NCBI GenBank assembly: GCA_020349945.1
Contig: CP070704.1
Span: 409,407-473,406, forward strand
Source of the DNA: Deltaproteobacteria bacterium
Lineage (GTDB): Bacteria; Desulfobacterota; DSM-4660; Desulfatiglandales; B25-G16
Length of the DNA: 64,000 nt
Direction of reading: 5' to 3'
This document shows, piece after piece, positions 18,358 through 28,116 of the stretch. The notes beneath the pieces are model-generated. The model saw only the letters and a list, made by a program, of their open reading frames with translations, was not told the origin of the DNA and made no database searches. How positions within the stretch are numbered: the first letter of the stretch is position 1; the number at the start of each line of letters is the position of its first letter. Position numbers and translations under genes: made by a program.

Positions 18358-19761
18358 ATGGAAGAAAAATCAATCAAGAATCGATGGGTGGTTATGGTAG
18401 CGTTTTTTTCCTTGCTTGCCATGCTCGGTGTGGTTTGTGCGGAGGAGATGGTAACAAGCAGCTACAGCCCTGTTGTCATCAAAGAACTCTTTGCAACGAC
18501 CATGGCTCGCATGAAGAATGCCAAAGCGGAAGTGATGAAGCGCCAGATGGATTTACTCAATGAACGGTATGACTTAAGCAACCGCCCGGCTGAAAGCGTG
18601 ATGATGTCAGGAGGAGCAAAGGCTGTCCAGGAAGGGGTTCGGGTGAAACTGCCCGAGGACATGACCTGGGTACAGCTAGCAGAAATGACTCCGGAAGAGA
18701 TTCGAGAAAAGGACCTTTGGCCTCAAGGGCTTTTCCCTCTACCCCATCCAAACCACCCAGAAGGCGGCATGCTGTTCCCTCAATTCCATATCGATGAGAT
18801 AAAGAAACAGGAAGGAAGAGATCTAGCCCGGTTCGACCTTGATTATGATCTGCCGGATCATTTTCTGCCCGAGTTTCCTCCACCCATGTATCTCACCACA
18901 CGGCCGGACCTTGGCGATGTATCTCAGGGAAGACTTGTCACTATTATGAATTACTACGAGTTATTCAATGGAATCCTGAATCCAAAACAGGTCGAGGGCC
19001 TCAGGTTGCTTGTCACACCCTTCCCTCAGCAGCAGTTCAACCAGACTGAAGACCGCCGCTCTGAGCTGCCTTCCAGGGGTGTCATATGCTTTGACTGCCA
19101 TGTCAACGGGCATACGAATGGTGCCACTCATCTCGTCGGTGATATTCGCCCTCAAGAATTCAGGCACCGTCTAGATACACCGCCGCTCCGGGGGGTGAAC
19201 ATCCAGCGCCTGTTCGGTTCTCAACGGGCCTTAAAAACTGTGGAGGACTTCACGGAGTTTGAACAGCGGGCTGCCTATTTCGACGGCGATCCAGTGATCG
19301 GCACAAAAAAAGGACTCAACATCCTCGAGCGGGCGAGCCAGGTCCACTTTATGGCCGAGTTCCAGGCCCTCCTGGACTTTCCCCCAGCCCCAAAGCTCAA
19401 CATCTATGGCAAGTTAGACCCGAAAAAGGCTACCAGGTCCGAACTGCGAGGGCAAGAGATCTTCCTTGGCAAGGCCAAGTGCGCTGTTTGCCACCCTGCT
19501 CCTTACTATACGGATAATCTCATGCACAACCTGAGGATAGAACGTTTTTACAAACCACGTATGATTAATGGGCGTATGGCAGCTGCAGACGGACCTATCA
19601 AGACCTTCCCACTTCGAGGCATCAAGGATTCGCCCCCTTACCTGCATGATGGCCGGTTGTTAACCCTGGAAGATACCGTAGAGTTTTTCAACCTGGTTCA
19701 GGGACTCAAGCTGACGAAGGAGGAAAAGAGGGATCTGGTGAATTTTATGCGGGCACTTTAG
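18358..19761 (+). CDS. di-haem cytochrome c peroxidase/MauG-family protein
   Basis: Signal peptide. Two CXXCH motifs (CFDCH, CAVCH). Confidence 0.75.
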   Translation: MEEKSIKNRWVVMVAFFSLLAMLGVVCAEEMVTSSYSPVVIKELFATTMARMKNAKAEVMKRQMDLLNERYDLSNRPAESVMMSGGAKAVQEGVRVKLPEDMTWVQLAEMTPEEIREKDLWPQGLFPLPHPNHPEGGMLFPQFHIDEIKKQEGRDLARFDLDYDLPDHFLPEFPPPMYLTTRPDLGDVSQGRLVTIMNYYELFNGILNPKQVEGLRLLVTPFPQQQFNQTEDRRSELPSRGVICFDCHVNGHTNGATHLVGDIRPQEFRHRLDTPPLRGVNIQRLFGSQRALKTVEDFTEFEQRAAYFDGDPVIGTKKGLNILERASQVHFMAEFQALLDFPPAPKLNIYGKLDPKKATRSELRGQEIFLGKAKCAVCHPAPYYTDNLMHNLRIERFYKPRMINGRMAAADGPIKTFPLRGIKDSPPYLHDGRLLTLEDTVEFFNLVQGLKLTKEEKRDLVNFMRAL

Positions 19762-19787
19762 GCTTTTGCAGTTTCGCAGAGACCAAA

Positions 19788-19816
19788 GGCAGGGTCAGAG
19801 ATGGCCCTGCCTTTTT
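19788..19816 (+). terminator. rho-independent terminator
   Basis: GGCAGGG-TCAGAGATGG-CCCTGCC, then TTTTT, 27 nt after the cytochrome c peroxidase stop. Confidence 0.8.
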
Positions 19817-19822
19817 CGCGCT

Positions 19823-19848
19823 GGGGGTCAGATCTTTATTCTTGGCAC
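19823..19848 (+). repeat. M1 repeat copy h
   Basis: GGGGGTCAGATCTTTATTCTTGGCAC, just after the terminator at 19788-19816. Confidence 0.7.
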
Positions 19849-19974
19849 ATGGAGCGTATCGCCTCATGCTCAGGAATTTTCTAAAAGCAGTGTGTGAAAT
19901 GCATTTGTGTTTGGATCTTCAATGGGGTATTTTCACGTATGGAGAGAATGCTATGTCGTCAGAGGAGGTGTGTT

Positions 19975-20439
19975 ATGGCTCGATTGAGTCCAGGAGACAA
20001 GGCACCAAACTTCGAGTTAACGGATCAGTATGGCAAGGCCATTAGATTGTCGGATTTCAAGGGCCGTATGGTCCTAGTCTATTTTTACCCGAAGGCAATG
20101 ACATCAGGCTGTACCACACAGGCGGTAAGCGTGAGGGACGCCAAGGAGAAGATGGAGTCTCTTGGGGCATCCGTTATCGGCATCAGTCCAGACACTCCCG
20201 AACAGCAGAAGAAGTTTGATGAAAAGCATGGGTTAGGATTCCCCCTGCTGTCAGATAGGCACCATGCGGTTGCCCAAGACTATGGCGCGTGGGGTGAGAA
20301 ATCCATGTACGGTAAAAAATACGAGGGGATCATGCGCTCGTCGTTTTTGATTTCCGAGGAGGGTAATGTCATTCAGGCATGGTATAACGTAAAGCCCAAA
20401 GACACTGTGCCCAAGGTGTGTCAAGTTCTCGAGGCGTAA
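19975..20439 (+). CDS. bcp: thioredoxin-dependent thiol peroxidase Bcp
   Basis: Start at 19975 (AGGAGG RBS). APNFELTDQYGK..., YFYPKAMTSGCTTQA. Confidence 0.9.
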   Translation: MARLSPGDKAPNFELTDQYGKAIRLSDFKGRMVLVYFYPKAMTSGCTTQAVSVRDAKEKMESLGASVIGISPDTPEQQKKFDEKHGLGFPLLSDRHHAVAQDYGAWGEKSMYGKKYEGIMRSSFLISEEGNVIQAWYNVKPKDTVPKVCQVLEA

Positions 20440-20466
20440 TTGTGGCAGCGAGAGTCAATGGAATTT

Positions 20467-20510
20467 AGGGCCTTGAATCGTGAATTTTCACTGGTGTATA
20501 AAATGAGCGC
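20467..20510 (+). repeat. R2 repeat copy d
   Basis: AGGGCCTTGAATCGTGAATTTTCACTGGTGTATAAAATGAGCGC. Confidence 0.65.
20473..20502 (+). promoter_or_regulatory. candidate sigma70 promoter inside repeat R2d
   Basis: TTGAAT-N18-TATAAA, 85 nt upstream of the SYLF gene start. Confidence 0.4.
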
Positions 20511-20586
20511 ATCTCTTGATGAGATCGTTTTTTTACGCCCCGAATCTAAAGGCAACTTGGGGCTCTGTAAGAAAGGAGGAAAAAAC

Positions 20587-21291
20587 ATGAAAGTACGATT
20601 CACAGCGTCTATGCTGGCAGTCACCGTCCTCATGTCTTTTGCATCCAGTTCAGTTCAGGCCGGGGTCAGGGAAGTGACAAAGGTCGAGGCGTCTACCGAG
20701 GTGCTCACAGAGTTCATGGCCATCCCGGAACAGGGCATGCCCCCGTCCCTGTTGCGCAATGCATACGGCGTGGCAGTCATTCCGGCCGTTATCAAGGCTG
20801 GCTTGGTCCTCGGAGGTCGATACGGATGGGGAGTGCTGGTTGTGCGCACCAAAGAGAAGGGATGGAGCAACCCGTGTTTTGTCTCCCTTACCGGAGGCAG
20901 TATCGGCTATCAGATCGGGGCCCAATCAACTGATGTCATCCTCGTATTCAAGAGCAGGAAGGGCATAGACGGCATCGTGAAGGGCAAATTTACGCTCGGG
21001 GCCGATGCAGCCATAGCAGCAGGCCCGGTGGGCCGTCAGGCGGGTGCAAGCACCGATGTGCAACTCAAGGCAGAGATTTACTCATACTCACGAAGCCGAG
21101 GGCTGTTCGCCGGAGTTTCCTTGGAAGGAGCGGCTTTGCAGATCGACCATAAATCCAACGTGGCCTTTTACGGCAGGGAAGGCATAACCCCTGACCATAT
21201 TTTCACCCATAGAGACATAAAAGTGCCCGCCGCAGCAAATGAATTCAAAGAGGTGTTAGGCACATATACCGCCAAACACGGGGATGGTTAA
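20587..21291 (+). CDS. SYLF (Ysc84/DUF500) lipid-binding domain protein, secreted
   Basis: Start at 20587 (AAAGGAGG RBS). GGSIGYQIGAQSTDVILVF, YSYSRSRGLFAGVSLEG. Confidence 0.75.
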   Translation: MKVRFTASMLAVTVLMSFASSSVQAGVREVTKVEASTEVLTEFMAIPEQGMPPSLLRNAYGVAVIPAVIKAGLVLGGRYGWGVLVVRTKEKGWSNPCFVSLTGGSIGYQIGAQSTDVILVFKSRKGIDGIVKGKFTLGADAAIAAGPVGRQAGASTDVQLKAEIYSYSRSRGLFAGVSLEGAALQIDHKSNVAFYGREGITPDHIFTHRDIKVPAAANEFKEVLGTYTAKHGDG

Positions 21292-21300
21292 GCATGATTT

Positions 21301-21352
21301 GAGGTCAGGTCTTCGATCGTGAATTTTCACTTACATAAAGATGCGGCCATGA
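21301..21352 (+). repeat. R2 repeat copy c
   Basis: GAGGTCAGGTCTTCGATCGTGAATTTTCACTTACATAAAGATGCGGCCATGA. Lacks the CCCTCCAGAAACACGGCGGGC insert of copies a and b. Confidence 0.75.
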
Positions 21353-21381
21353 AAGGGTATGGCAAGGGTGGCAAGGTGACA

Positions 21382-22116
21382 ATGGATTTCCTGTCTCGTA
21401 TAGGTAAGATTCTGTGGCTCGACTTCTGGCTCGGCCTTGCTACTCTTACGCTGTTTGCACCTGTTACCGTATCTGCCTTCGTGGATTCGACGGGAAACCT
21501 CGCTTTTTCTCTCTCCAAGGTGTGGGCGTGGATAATGCTCAAGGTAACGGGGGTACGTCCTGGCATTAGAGGTAGAGAGAAGATCAGGAAAGGTCAGTCC
21601 TATATCATCATCGCAAACCATCAGTCTCATTTTGATCCGCTGGCCCTCGTAACAACACTGCGCATCCAGTTCCGCTGGATTGCCAAGAAGGAGCTCTTGA
21701 AGGTGCCCCTGTTCGGGCATGCGCTCTATGCATCGAGGAATATATTCGTCGACAGGTCGGATAAGAAAAAATCCATTACGAGCATCCATGAGGGTATGAA
21801 TCGTCTCCCCGCCGGGGTTAGTATATTGTTCTTTGCCGAAGGCACACGATCTCCTGATGGAAAGATCCAAGAATTTAAGAAGGGTGGATTTGTCACGGCA
21901 ATAGAGAGGGGCCTTCCTATCCTGCCGGTCACCATAAATGGCAGTAGAAAGGTCTTACCAAAGGGAAGTACCGTGTTTTATCCGGGTCCAATTGAGGTTG
22001 TGGTTGGTGATCCCATCGAGGGCGGGAATTATACCGCGGATACAGTAGGAGAGCTTGTCAAAAAGACCAGGGATACAATCATTTCTAACTTTAACCCTGA
22101 TTATCCTGAAAAATGA
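21382..22116 (+). CDS. plsC: 1-acyl-sn-glycerol-3-phosphate acyltransferase
   Basis: NHQSHFDP (HX4D) and FAEGTRS motifs. The start is uncertain: 21382, or 21349 inside repeat R2c. Confidence 0.8.
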   Translation: MDFLSRIGKILWLDFWLGLATLTLFAPVTVSAFVDSTGNLAFSLSKVWAWIMLKVTGVRPGIRGREKIRKGQSYIIIANHQSHFDPLALVTTLRIQFRWIAKKELLKVPLFGHALYASRNIFVDRSDKKKSITSIHEGMNRLPAGVSILFFAEGTRSPDGKIQEFKKGGFVTAIERGLPILPVTINGSRKVLPKGSTVFYPGPIEVVVGDPIEGGNYTADTVGELVKKTRDTIISNFNPDYPEK

Positions 22117-22345
22117 AGGTGCGGTCAGGTTTTGTATAATGAAACCCCTTCCAGGGCCTTTTCATCACGGATCCAGCACCCTTTAAGGAGTAAGGCCACA
22201 GGTCTTCGGCTAATTTTCTCCGAACCCCTCCATTCATCTCGAACTCATATACCTCAGCAAAACCAGATTATCGTAGACGAGGCATTTCTTCTTGGTTGAC
22301 ACTAACGCACCTTTTTCTCTAAACTCGCCTCACCAAAGGAGTGTC

Positions 22346-23647
22346 ATGACGAACAATAGTGAAAGCCTGGAAAAACGAGACGGTATCTTTTATGGCTGGG
22401 TTATTCTTTCCACTGCCTTTATCACCCTGGTGCTTGGTTATGCCATCAGGAACACCTTCTCGGTTTTCTACCCCACCATCGTCGAGGAATTTGGATGGGC
22501 GAGAGGCAATACCGCCCTGATGTTCTCTATTGCCGTCATCCTCTATGGCGTAGTGGCACCAATAGCGGGTAGCCTGGTGGATAGGTACGGGCCACGAGTT
22601 GTTGTGCCAGCCGGGGCGATCATCGTGGGAGCTGGAGTAGCCCTCTGCAGCATGGCTACCGCTCGGTGGCACTTTTATCTCCTCTATGGGGTTATGGGGG
22701 CGATAGGCCTGAGCTTGGCGGGGTGGGCACCGCTGAGCGCCATTGTATCGAACTGGTTTGCCAGAAGGCGGGGCCTTGCCTTTGGTATCTTGAGCGCTGG
22801 CTTCGGTGGCAGCCTGGTATTCGCGTCCGTCGCTCAATTTCTCATCTCGAGGTTCGGCTGGCGGACGACCTATGTCATTATCGGGATTACCGCGATTACC
22901 GTTATTGTGCCCCTGTGTGGCGTATTGATGCGTCGGAGCCCACAGGACAAAGGGCTTTTACCAGACGGCATGCCGCTCTTATCAGATGAGCTCCGGCATC
23001 CTGATGGTTCCGGGATATTAACCGGGTCTGAGGGTAAATGGGCCTCCACGACCTGGAACCTTACCCGTGCGATGAAGACCTATCAGTTCTGGCTCCTGTT
23101 CTTCATGTCGTTCTGTCTGCTGGGATTTGCTGAGACGATCGCGATCGCTCACCAGGTTTTCTTCTTCCGCGATGCAGGCTACAGGCCCATGCTGGCCGCC
23201 AATGTCTACAGCGTGTTCGGGGTTGTCTTTGTGCTCGGGAACATGTGCAGCTTTCTTTCGGACCGATTCGGACGGGAAAGGGTATTTGTACCCAGCTGCC
23301 TACTCGGCGCTATGGCTGTATGCCTCCTGTTCCTGATCAAAGACCCATCCCACCCCTGGATGGGTTTCCTGTTTGCGGTCTTTTATGGCCTGGGAATAGG
23401 CACTGCAGGTCCGGTGTTTTTCACCACGGTAGCTGACTTTTTCCAGGGGAGGCATTTCGGCTCCATTCAAGGCACGGTTGTGCTGGGCTTCTCCTTAGGT
23501 GGGGCGATCGGTCCATGGCTTGCAGGATTTCTCCATGACAAAACCGGTACCTACTTTGCCACGTTCCTCATACTGCTGGGATCATTGCTGCTTTCCGTAT
23601 TGCTGATGGAGCTCGCTGCCCCCCGGAGGATAAGGTCAGTCCCGTAG
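22346..23647 (+). CDS. MFS transporter
   Basis: Start at 22346. About 12 hydrophobic helices. Typical loop motif (LVDRYGPR). Confidence 0.8.
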   Translation: MTNNSESLEKRDGIFYGWVILSTAFITLVLGYAIRNTFSVFYPTIVEEFGWARGNTALMFSIAVILYGVVAPIAGSLVDRYGPRVVVPAGAIIVGAGVALCSMATARWHFYLLYGVMGAIGLSLAGWAPLSAIVSNWFARRRGLAFGILSAGFGGSLVFASVAQFLISRFGWRTTYVIIGITAITVIVPLCGVLMRRSPQDKGLLPDGMPLLSDELRHPDGSGILTGSEGKWASTTWNLTRAMKTYQFWLLFFMSFCLLGFAETIAIAHQVFFFRDAGYRPMLAANVYSVFGVVFVLGNMCSFLSDRFGRERVFVPSCLLGAMAVCLLFLIKDPSHPWMGFLFAVFYGLGIGTAGPVFFTTVADFFQGRHFGSIQGTVVLGFSLGGAIGPWLAGFLHDKTGTYFATFLILLGSLLLSVLLMELAAPRRIRSVP

Positions 23648-23961
23648 CGAGGAGTTGATACTTGGATTTGGGTATGCCGTTTCAGAAAGGGAAATCCCCA
23701 CCTCGCATCACTTTTGAGCGATGGAGAGGTTGTTTGCCATGCCTCTGTAGTTGGCTAGCTGGCGTGCGGGCATTTTAAAAACAGGGAGGAGATCCTTTCG
23801 CTCCTTCAAGCACTTCCGATGGCCGAGACAGCAGAGCGTAAATGTGGACGTCCGATACAAGGCTAAAAGCGGCTTCTGCTGAATTAGACGTGGCTTATCG
23901 GTGAGCTTAACTCCTTTTCGCCCACGGTCCCATTCATAAAGAGGGAAACGACGGAGCCCTT

Positions 23962-24762
23962 ATGATCGTTCAAATCTACGAAATTCAGGACACTCGGCAA
24001 GCAGAACAATGTATCGCGCTGGGTGTAGATCACATCGGAAGCGTGCTGCTCTCAGAAGATGGGTGGCGCCAGCGCTCCTTGAAGGATGCCATCCTTTTAT
24101 CAGAGGGCACTGATGTGAAGAACAGTCTGTTACCCCTGTTCCGGGACACGGATACCCTTGAGCGGAGCTTGGACTATTACCACCCCCACTACGTCCACTT
24201 TTGTGACAGCCTCACGGATCGCCTCTGCCGTCCAGTCAACCTGGAGAGGATCATGCAATTTCAGTACAATCTGAAGGAAAAATTTCCTGAAATTGGCGTT
24301 ATCCGGTCAATACCTACCCCCAGGGCAGGGATGGCTCGAGGCTTTCCCACTCTGGAGATAGCCCGTACACTCGAGCCCGCGAGCGACCTTTTTCTTATAG
24401 ACACGTGGCTTGAAAAGGAGCCTGTGGGAGGCTTTATCGGGATAACCGGCAGGCCTGCCGATTGGGATCTGTCCGGGGAGCTCGTCCGCCAGAGCGACAT
24501 TCCGGTCATACTTGGGGGAGGGCTTTCTCCTGAAAATGTGTTTGAGGCCCTCTTGAAGGTCTGCCCTTATGGTGCTGATAGCTGCACGCACACCAATAAG
24601 ATGGATCAAGACGGAAAGGTGATCCGGTTTCAAAAGGATTTCAGGAGGGTAACAGAATTCATTAAGGAGATCCGAAGGGCGGAGAAGACAATCAGAGGCA
24701 ACATGGAAGAGCTGAGAAAAGGAATGGACGGCCTAGAGAGTGAGCTTGGGGGCAGGCCTTGA
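23962..24762 (+). CDS. phosphoribosylanthranilate isomerase-like TIM-barrel protein
   Basis: VQIYEIQDTRQAEQCIALGVDHIGSVL and PVILGGGLSPENV parallel TrpF motifs. Assignment is tentative. Confidence 0.5.
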   Translation: MIVQIYEIQDTRQAEQCIALGVDHIGSVLLSEDGWRQRSLKDAILLSEGTDVKNSLLPLFRDTDTLERSLDYYHPHYVHFCDSLTDRLCRPVNLERIMQFQYNLKEKFPEIGVIRSIPTPRAGMARGFPTLEIARTLEPASDLFLIDTWLEKEPVGGFIGITGRPADWDLSGELVRQSDIPVILGGGLSPENVFEALLKVCPYGADSCTHTNKMDQDGKVIRFQKDFRRVTEFIKEIRRAEKTIRGNMEELRKGMDGLESELGGRP

Positions 24763-24775
24763 CAGGTAATGAAGA

Positions 24776-24802
24776 GGGGCCAAATCTTTATTTCTAACAA
24801 AG
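24776..24802 (+). repeat. M1 repeat copy i
   Basis: GGGGCCAAATCTTTATTTCTAACAAAG. Starts 13 nt after the stop at 24762. Confidence 0.65.
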
Positions 24803-24912
24803 TGAGCCCTTTGTTTGTCGCTAAGTGATTATCAAAAGGCCGCTCAGGATATTTTCAGGACAAAAAGGCAATGTGTGTACGGGCGGTATTGCAAAGAAGT
24901 GAGGAGAGTACA

Positions 24913-25413
24913 ATGAGACCCGTTGACTACAAAGAAGTTGCAGGGAGGGTACTGACCCAGATCGATCAGGGGGCATTTCTCACGGTAAAATCGGGCGAGG
25001 TCATTAATACCATGACAATAGGCTGGTTAACTATTGGCTATGTATGGCGAACCCCAATTTTGATGGTGGCAGTGCGCTCTAGCCGGCACACCTTTCACAT
25101 CATCGAGGGTTCAGATGATTTTACTGTCTCGATCCCTTCATCGAATATGCGAAGGGAAATCGAGTTCTGCGGGACAAAGTCCGGTCGCGATTATGATAAA
25201 TTCAAGGAGTGCAATCTCCAGATCTCGGAGAGCCAGGATGTTTCCACGCCGATCGTCAGGGTTCCTGGCGTACATTTCGAATGTAAGATTATCTATAAGT
25301 CTGCCATGGATCGGACCTACCTCAGTGAGGAATATGATAGGATGATTTATTCAGAGAACGATTACCATACGCTGTATTTTGGGAAGATAATGAAGTGCTA
25401 CGAAATCGATTAA
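24913..25413 (+). CDS. flavin reductase-like FMN-binding protein
   Basis: Start at 24913 (GAGGAG RBS). NTMTIGW, split-barrel family pattern. Confidence 0.65.
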   Translation: MRPVDYKEVAGRVLTQIDQGAFLTVKSGEVINTMTIGWLTIGYVWRTPILMVAVRSSRHTFHIIEGSDDFTVSIPSSNMRREIEFCGTKSGRDYDKFKECNLQISESQDVSTPIVRVPGVHFECKIIYKSAMDRTYLSEEYDRMIYSENDYHTLYFGKIMKCYEID

Positions 25414-25545
25414 CTCCTCCTAGTCCAGGCATCGGTTCAAAGAAAGAAGATCCGTCCTCCTCAAAGGGGAAGATTGGGTTGAGCTTTACATCGTGAGGCA
25501 ATACCTTTAACAGTGCACATCTAAAGCATTCATCAGGGGGTTAGC

Positions 25546-26316
25546 ATGGTAGGCAATCGTTGGCGCCTTGAGGGAAGGCGTGCCCTCATAACCGGCGGAA
25601 CAAAAGGGATAGGTTTCGCAACCGCACAGGAAATCCTGGAGCTGGGTGGAAGCGTGTATATCGTTGCCCGCACCGCAGATGCAGTTGAGCGGTGTCTTGA
25701 TTCATGGCGGAGGCGAGGTTTCAGTGTATCTGGTTCGGCCATTGACATTACGCTGTCTGGTGAACGGAAACGACTGTTTGAGGAGATCTCAGATCAGTGG
25801 AACGGACTTGATATTCTGGTAAACAATGTGGGCACCAATATTAGAAAGAAAGCGGTCGAGTATGCTCCAGATGAATTCGAGACCATAATCGAGACAAATA
25901 TGCACTCAGCATTCGACATGTGCCAGGGTTCGTATCCTCTACTGCGAAAATCAGATGCAGGAGCTGTGGTTAACATTGTGTCTGTTGCAGGCCTGACACA
26001 CGTGCGTACAGGTGCTCCGTATGCAATGAGCAAGGCGGCCCTCAATCAGCTCACCAGAAATCTCGCAGTGGAATGGGCTGACGCAGGGATCCGGGTGAAT
26101 GCGGTTGCGCCCTGGTACACGCGTACCCCTCTTGCGGAGCAGGTGTTAGAGGACAAGGACTATCTGTCTTCGGTACTGCAACGAACTCCTCTCGGTCGCA
26201 TTGCCGAACCAAGAGAGGTTGCAGCGGTAGTAGCCTTCCTGTGCATGCCGGCAGCCTCCTATGTGACAGGCCAATGTATTGCTGTGGACGGCGGGTTCAT
26301 GGTCAACGGATTTTGA
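25546..26316 (+). CDS. short-chain dehydrogenase/reductase (tropinone-reductase-like)
   Basis: [12 protein letters not shown] and YAMSKAA catalytic motifs. Confidence 0.85.
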   Translation: MVGNRWRLEGRRALITGGTKGIGFATAQEILELGGSVYIVARTADAVERCLDSWRRRGFSVSGSAIDITLSGERKRLFEEISDQWNGLDILVNNVGTNIRKKAVEYAPDEFETIIETNMHSAFDMCQGSYPLLRKSDAGAVVNIVSVAGLTHVRTGAPYAMSKAALNQLTRNLAVEWADAGIRVNAVAPWYTRTPLAEQVLEDKDYLSSVLQRTPLGRIAEPREVAAVVAFLCMPAASYVTGQCIAVDGGFMVNGF

Positions 26317-26337
26317 TATGCAGTTTTGAAACACGAC

Positions 26338-26425
26338 TCAGGATATTTTCATCTTTCTCAGTTTGACTTTTTTAAACATTTTTAGAATGCCGGCCTGAAA
26401 GGGTGCAGCGTAGGTCCCCTTTTCG
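26338..26425 (+). repeat. R3 direct repeat, left copy
   Basis: TCAGGATATTTTCATCTTTCTCAGTTTGACTTTTTTAAACATTTTTAGAATGCCGGCCTGAAAGGGTGCAGCGTAGGTCCCCTTTTC. Confidence 0.8.
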
Positions 26426-26669
26426 AGGATGGGGCCAGGGAATTGCAATACGTAGTTGACCGTGTTATTGTTCTTGTTTGGTCGCATATATCAGTGGAGG
26501 TGAGGTTATGGCAAAAGATGCTCAAATACTCGAAAGGGGTCCGGGAGGTGCCTGTTATTGTTGAAGCCGATAAGGTCACGATAGGTTACGGAGGCACCTG
26601 AGGGGTCTCATTGCCTCATCACAGTTGTAAAGTTTGCATGTAACGGTTTGGGGTTGAAAGGAGAAGAAG

Positions 26670-27233
26670 ATGAGTAAAAAGATTATCATTTTGACGGTCT
26701 TTCTGTTTTCTATGTGCTCAACTGGATTGGCTGAAGGTGATACCTATGTTGATAAAACATATGGATTTGAAATCACCTGTCCAAAGGGTTGGTCCAGAGA
26801 AGCACAGTCAGAAAAGACTACAGCATTAGTCGTATTTTCAAAAAAGCAGTTCACTGCGCAGCCCAAGATTACCCAGTCTATAGAAGTAAGTGTAGCTGAG
26901 CTGAGACCAGATGCTCCAACCAAAGACGCTATGGATGTCGCAAACTATATGATGGAGTATTATAAATCTTTTCTTCCAAATATGAAGGTGATCAAGAATC
27001 CGAAATGGACGAAATTAAGGGATGCAGATGGTGTTCTGTTTATTAATGATTACTCCGCGCCCAATGGACCGTTTGTTATAAGGAATATACACATTTTTCT
27101 TTTGCAAGGTAGAAACGTACTGATGATTCGTACGGTTTGTGATGCAAAAGACTATAATGAAGCCATGCCTGCATTTACAGAGTCATTGAAGAGCTTTACG
27201 TTATTTCCTCAAGAGGGAGAAATATCCAAGTAG
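26670..27233 (+). CDS. secreted hypothetical protein
   Basis: AAAGGAG RBS, signal peptide IILTVFLFSMCSTGLA. Confidence 0.5.
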   Translation: MSKKIIILTVFLFSMCSTGLAEGDTYVDKTYGFEITCPKGWSREAQSEKTTALVVFSKKQFTAQPKITQSIEVSVAELRPDAPTKDAMDVANYMMEYYKSFLPNMKVIKNPKWTKLRDADGVLFINDYSAPNGPFVIRNIHIFLLQGRNVLMIRTVCDAKDYNEAMPAFTESLKSFTLFPQEGEISK

Positions 27234-27453
27234 TGTTAGACCCCATTCCATCCCCGCGCTTATCAGCAAACTTCATAGGGATTATTGGGTCCCATCTTTT
27301 GTTGTGGAGAATTCCAATGCCGTTGTATGCTATCGCCTTACGGATCCCAGAGCAGACCCAGGATTCTCACCGATCTCTTAAAAGTTTACATCTTCCCTAA
27401 AATATTGCTAGATTTTATGAAATTCCTGGCACCTTGTCCGAGGGGGATACGAT

Positions 27454-28062
27454 ATGAAAATTAAGGAATGGATGGTCAAAGATCCAATAACTGTGACCAA
27501 GGATCAAACGATTCAGGAATGTGTGGACTTGATGAAAGAACACTCCATCCGCCATTTGCCAGTTGTGGAAAACAAAAAACTGAGTGGCCTTGTCACTGAA
27601 AGCAACTTGCGGCAGGTATTCCTTGCTTCTATGATTGAGGATCTCAAGCTTGAAGATGTCATGATAAGAGATCCGATAACTGTTACCCCGGACACTGAGA
27701 TAGAGGATGCGGCGAAGCTCATTTATCACAACAAGATAGGAGGCCTTCCAGTAGTAGATCATGACGATCAAGTTGTGGGCATTATCACTGTGGCAGATCT
27801 TGTGGCTGCATTTATAGAATTAATGGGCCTGTTAAGATCCAGCTCAAGAATAGATGTGATTCTTGGTGAAGAGCCGGAGGCATTCGAGACTGTCTCAAGG
27901 CTCATCAGAAGCCGTGGGGGCGAAATCATCAGTGTAGGGATTTCCGGGCATCGTCTGAGAAGAGAGCGAATATACTTCTTTCGATTAAAAAAGCGCAATG
28001 TGCAACATATCGTTGAGGCCCTCGAAAAAGCCGGCTTTGAGGTGGTCTCTTCTATGGCTTAA
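27454..28062 (+). CDS. CBS-pair plus ACT-like domain protein (AcuB-like)
   Basis: Two CBS repeats (IRHLPVV, IGGLPVV) and a C-terminal ACT-like region. Confidence 0.75.
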   Translation: MKIKEWMVKDPITVTKDQTIQECVDLMKEHSIRHLPVVENKKLSGLVTESNLRQVFLASMIEDLKLEDVMIRDPITVTPDTEIEDAAKLIYHNKIGGLPVVDHDDQVVGIITVADLVAAFIELMGLLRSSSRIDVILGEEPEAFETVSRLIRSRGGEIISVGISGHRLRRERIYFFRLKKRNVQHIVEALEKAGFEVVSSMA

Positions 28063-28116
28063 AAAGAGGACACATCAGGTGATCTAATTTTCTCAGGTTG
28101 GAAAACAGGTGGCGAG

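Noticed and set aside
19823-19860. A sigma54 promoter in M1 copy h (TTGGCAC ATGGA GCGTA).
   Set aside because: The -24 TGGCAC is present, but the -12 element is GCGTA rather than TTGC(A/T). Other M1 copies have GACA in place of GGCAC.
23648-23961. A minus-strand reading frame ending ...CCLGHRKCLKERKDLLPVFKMPARQLANYRGMANNLSIAQK in the gap before the TrpF-like gene.
   Set aside because: It is a short fragment without a start codon or recognisable domain. It is possibly a gene remnant, but there is not enough evidence to call it.
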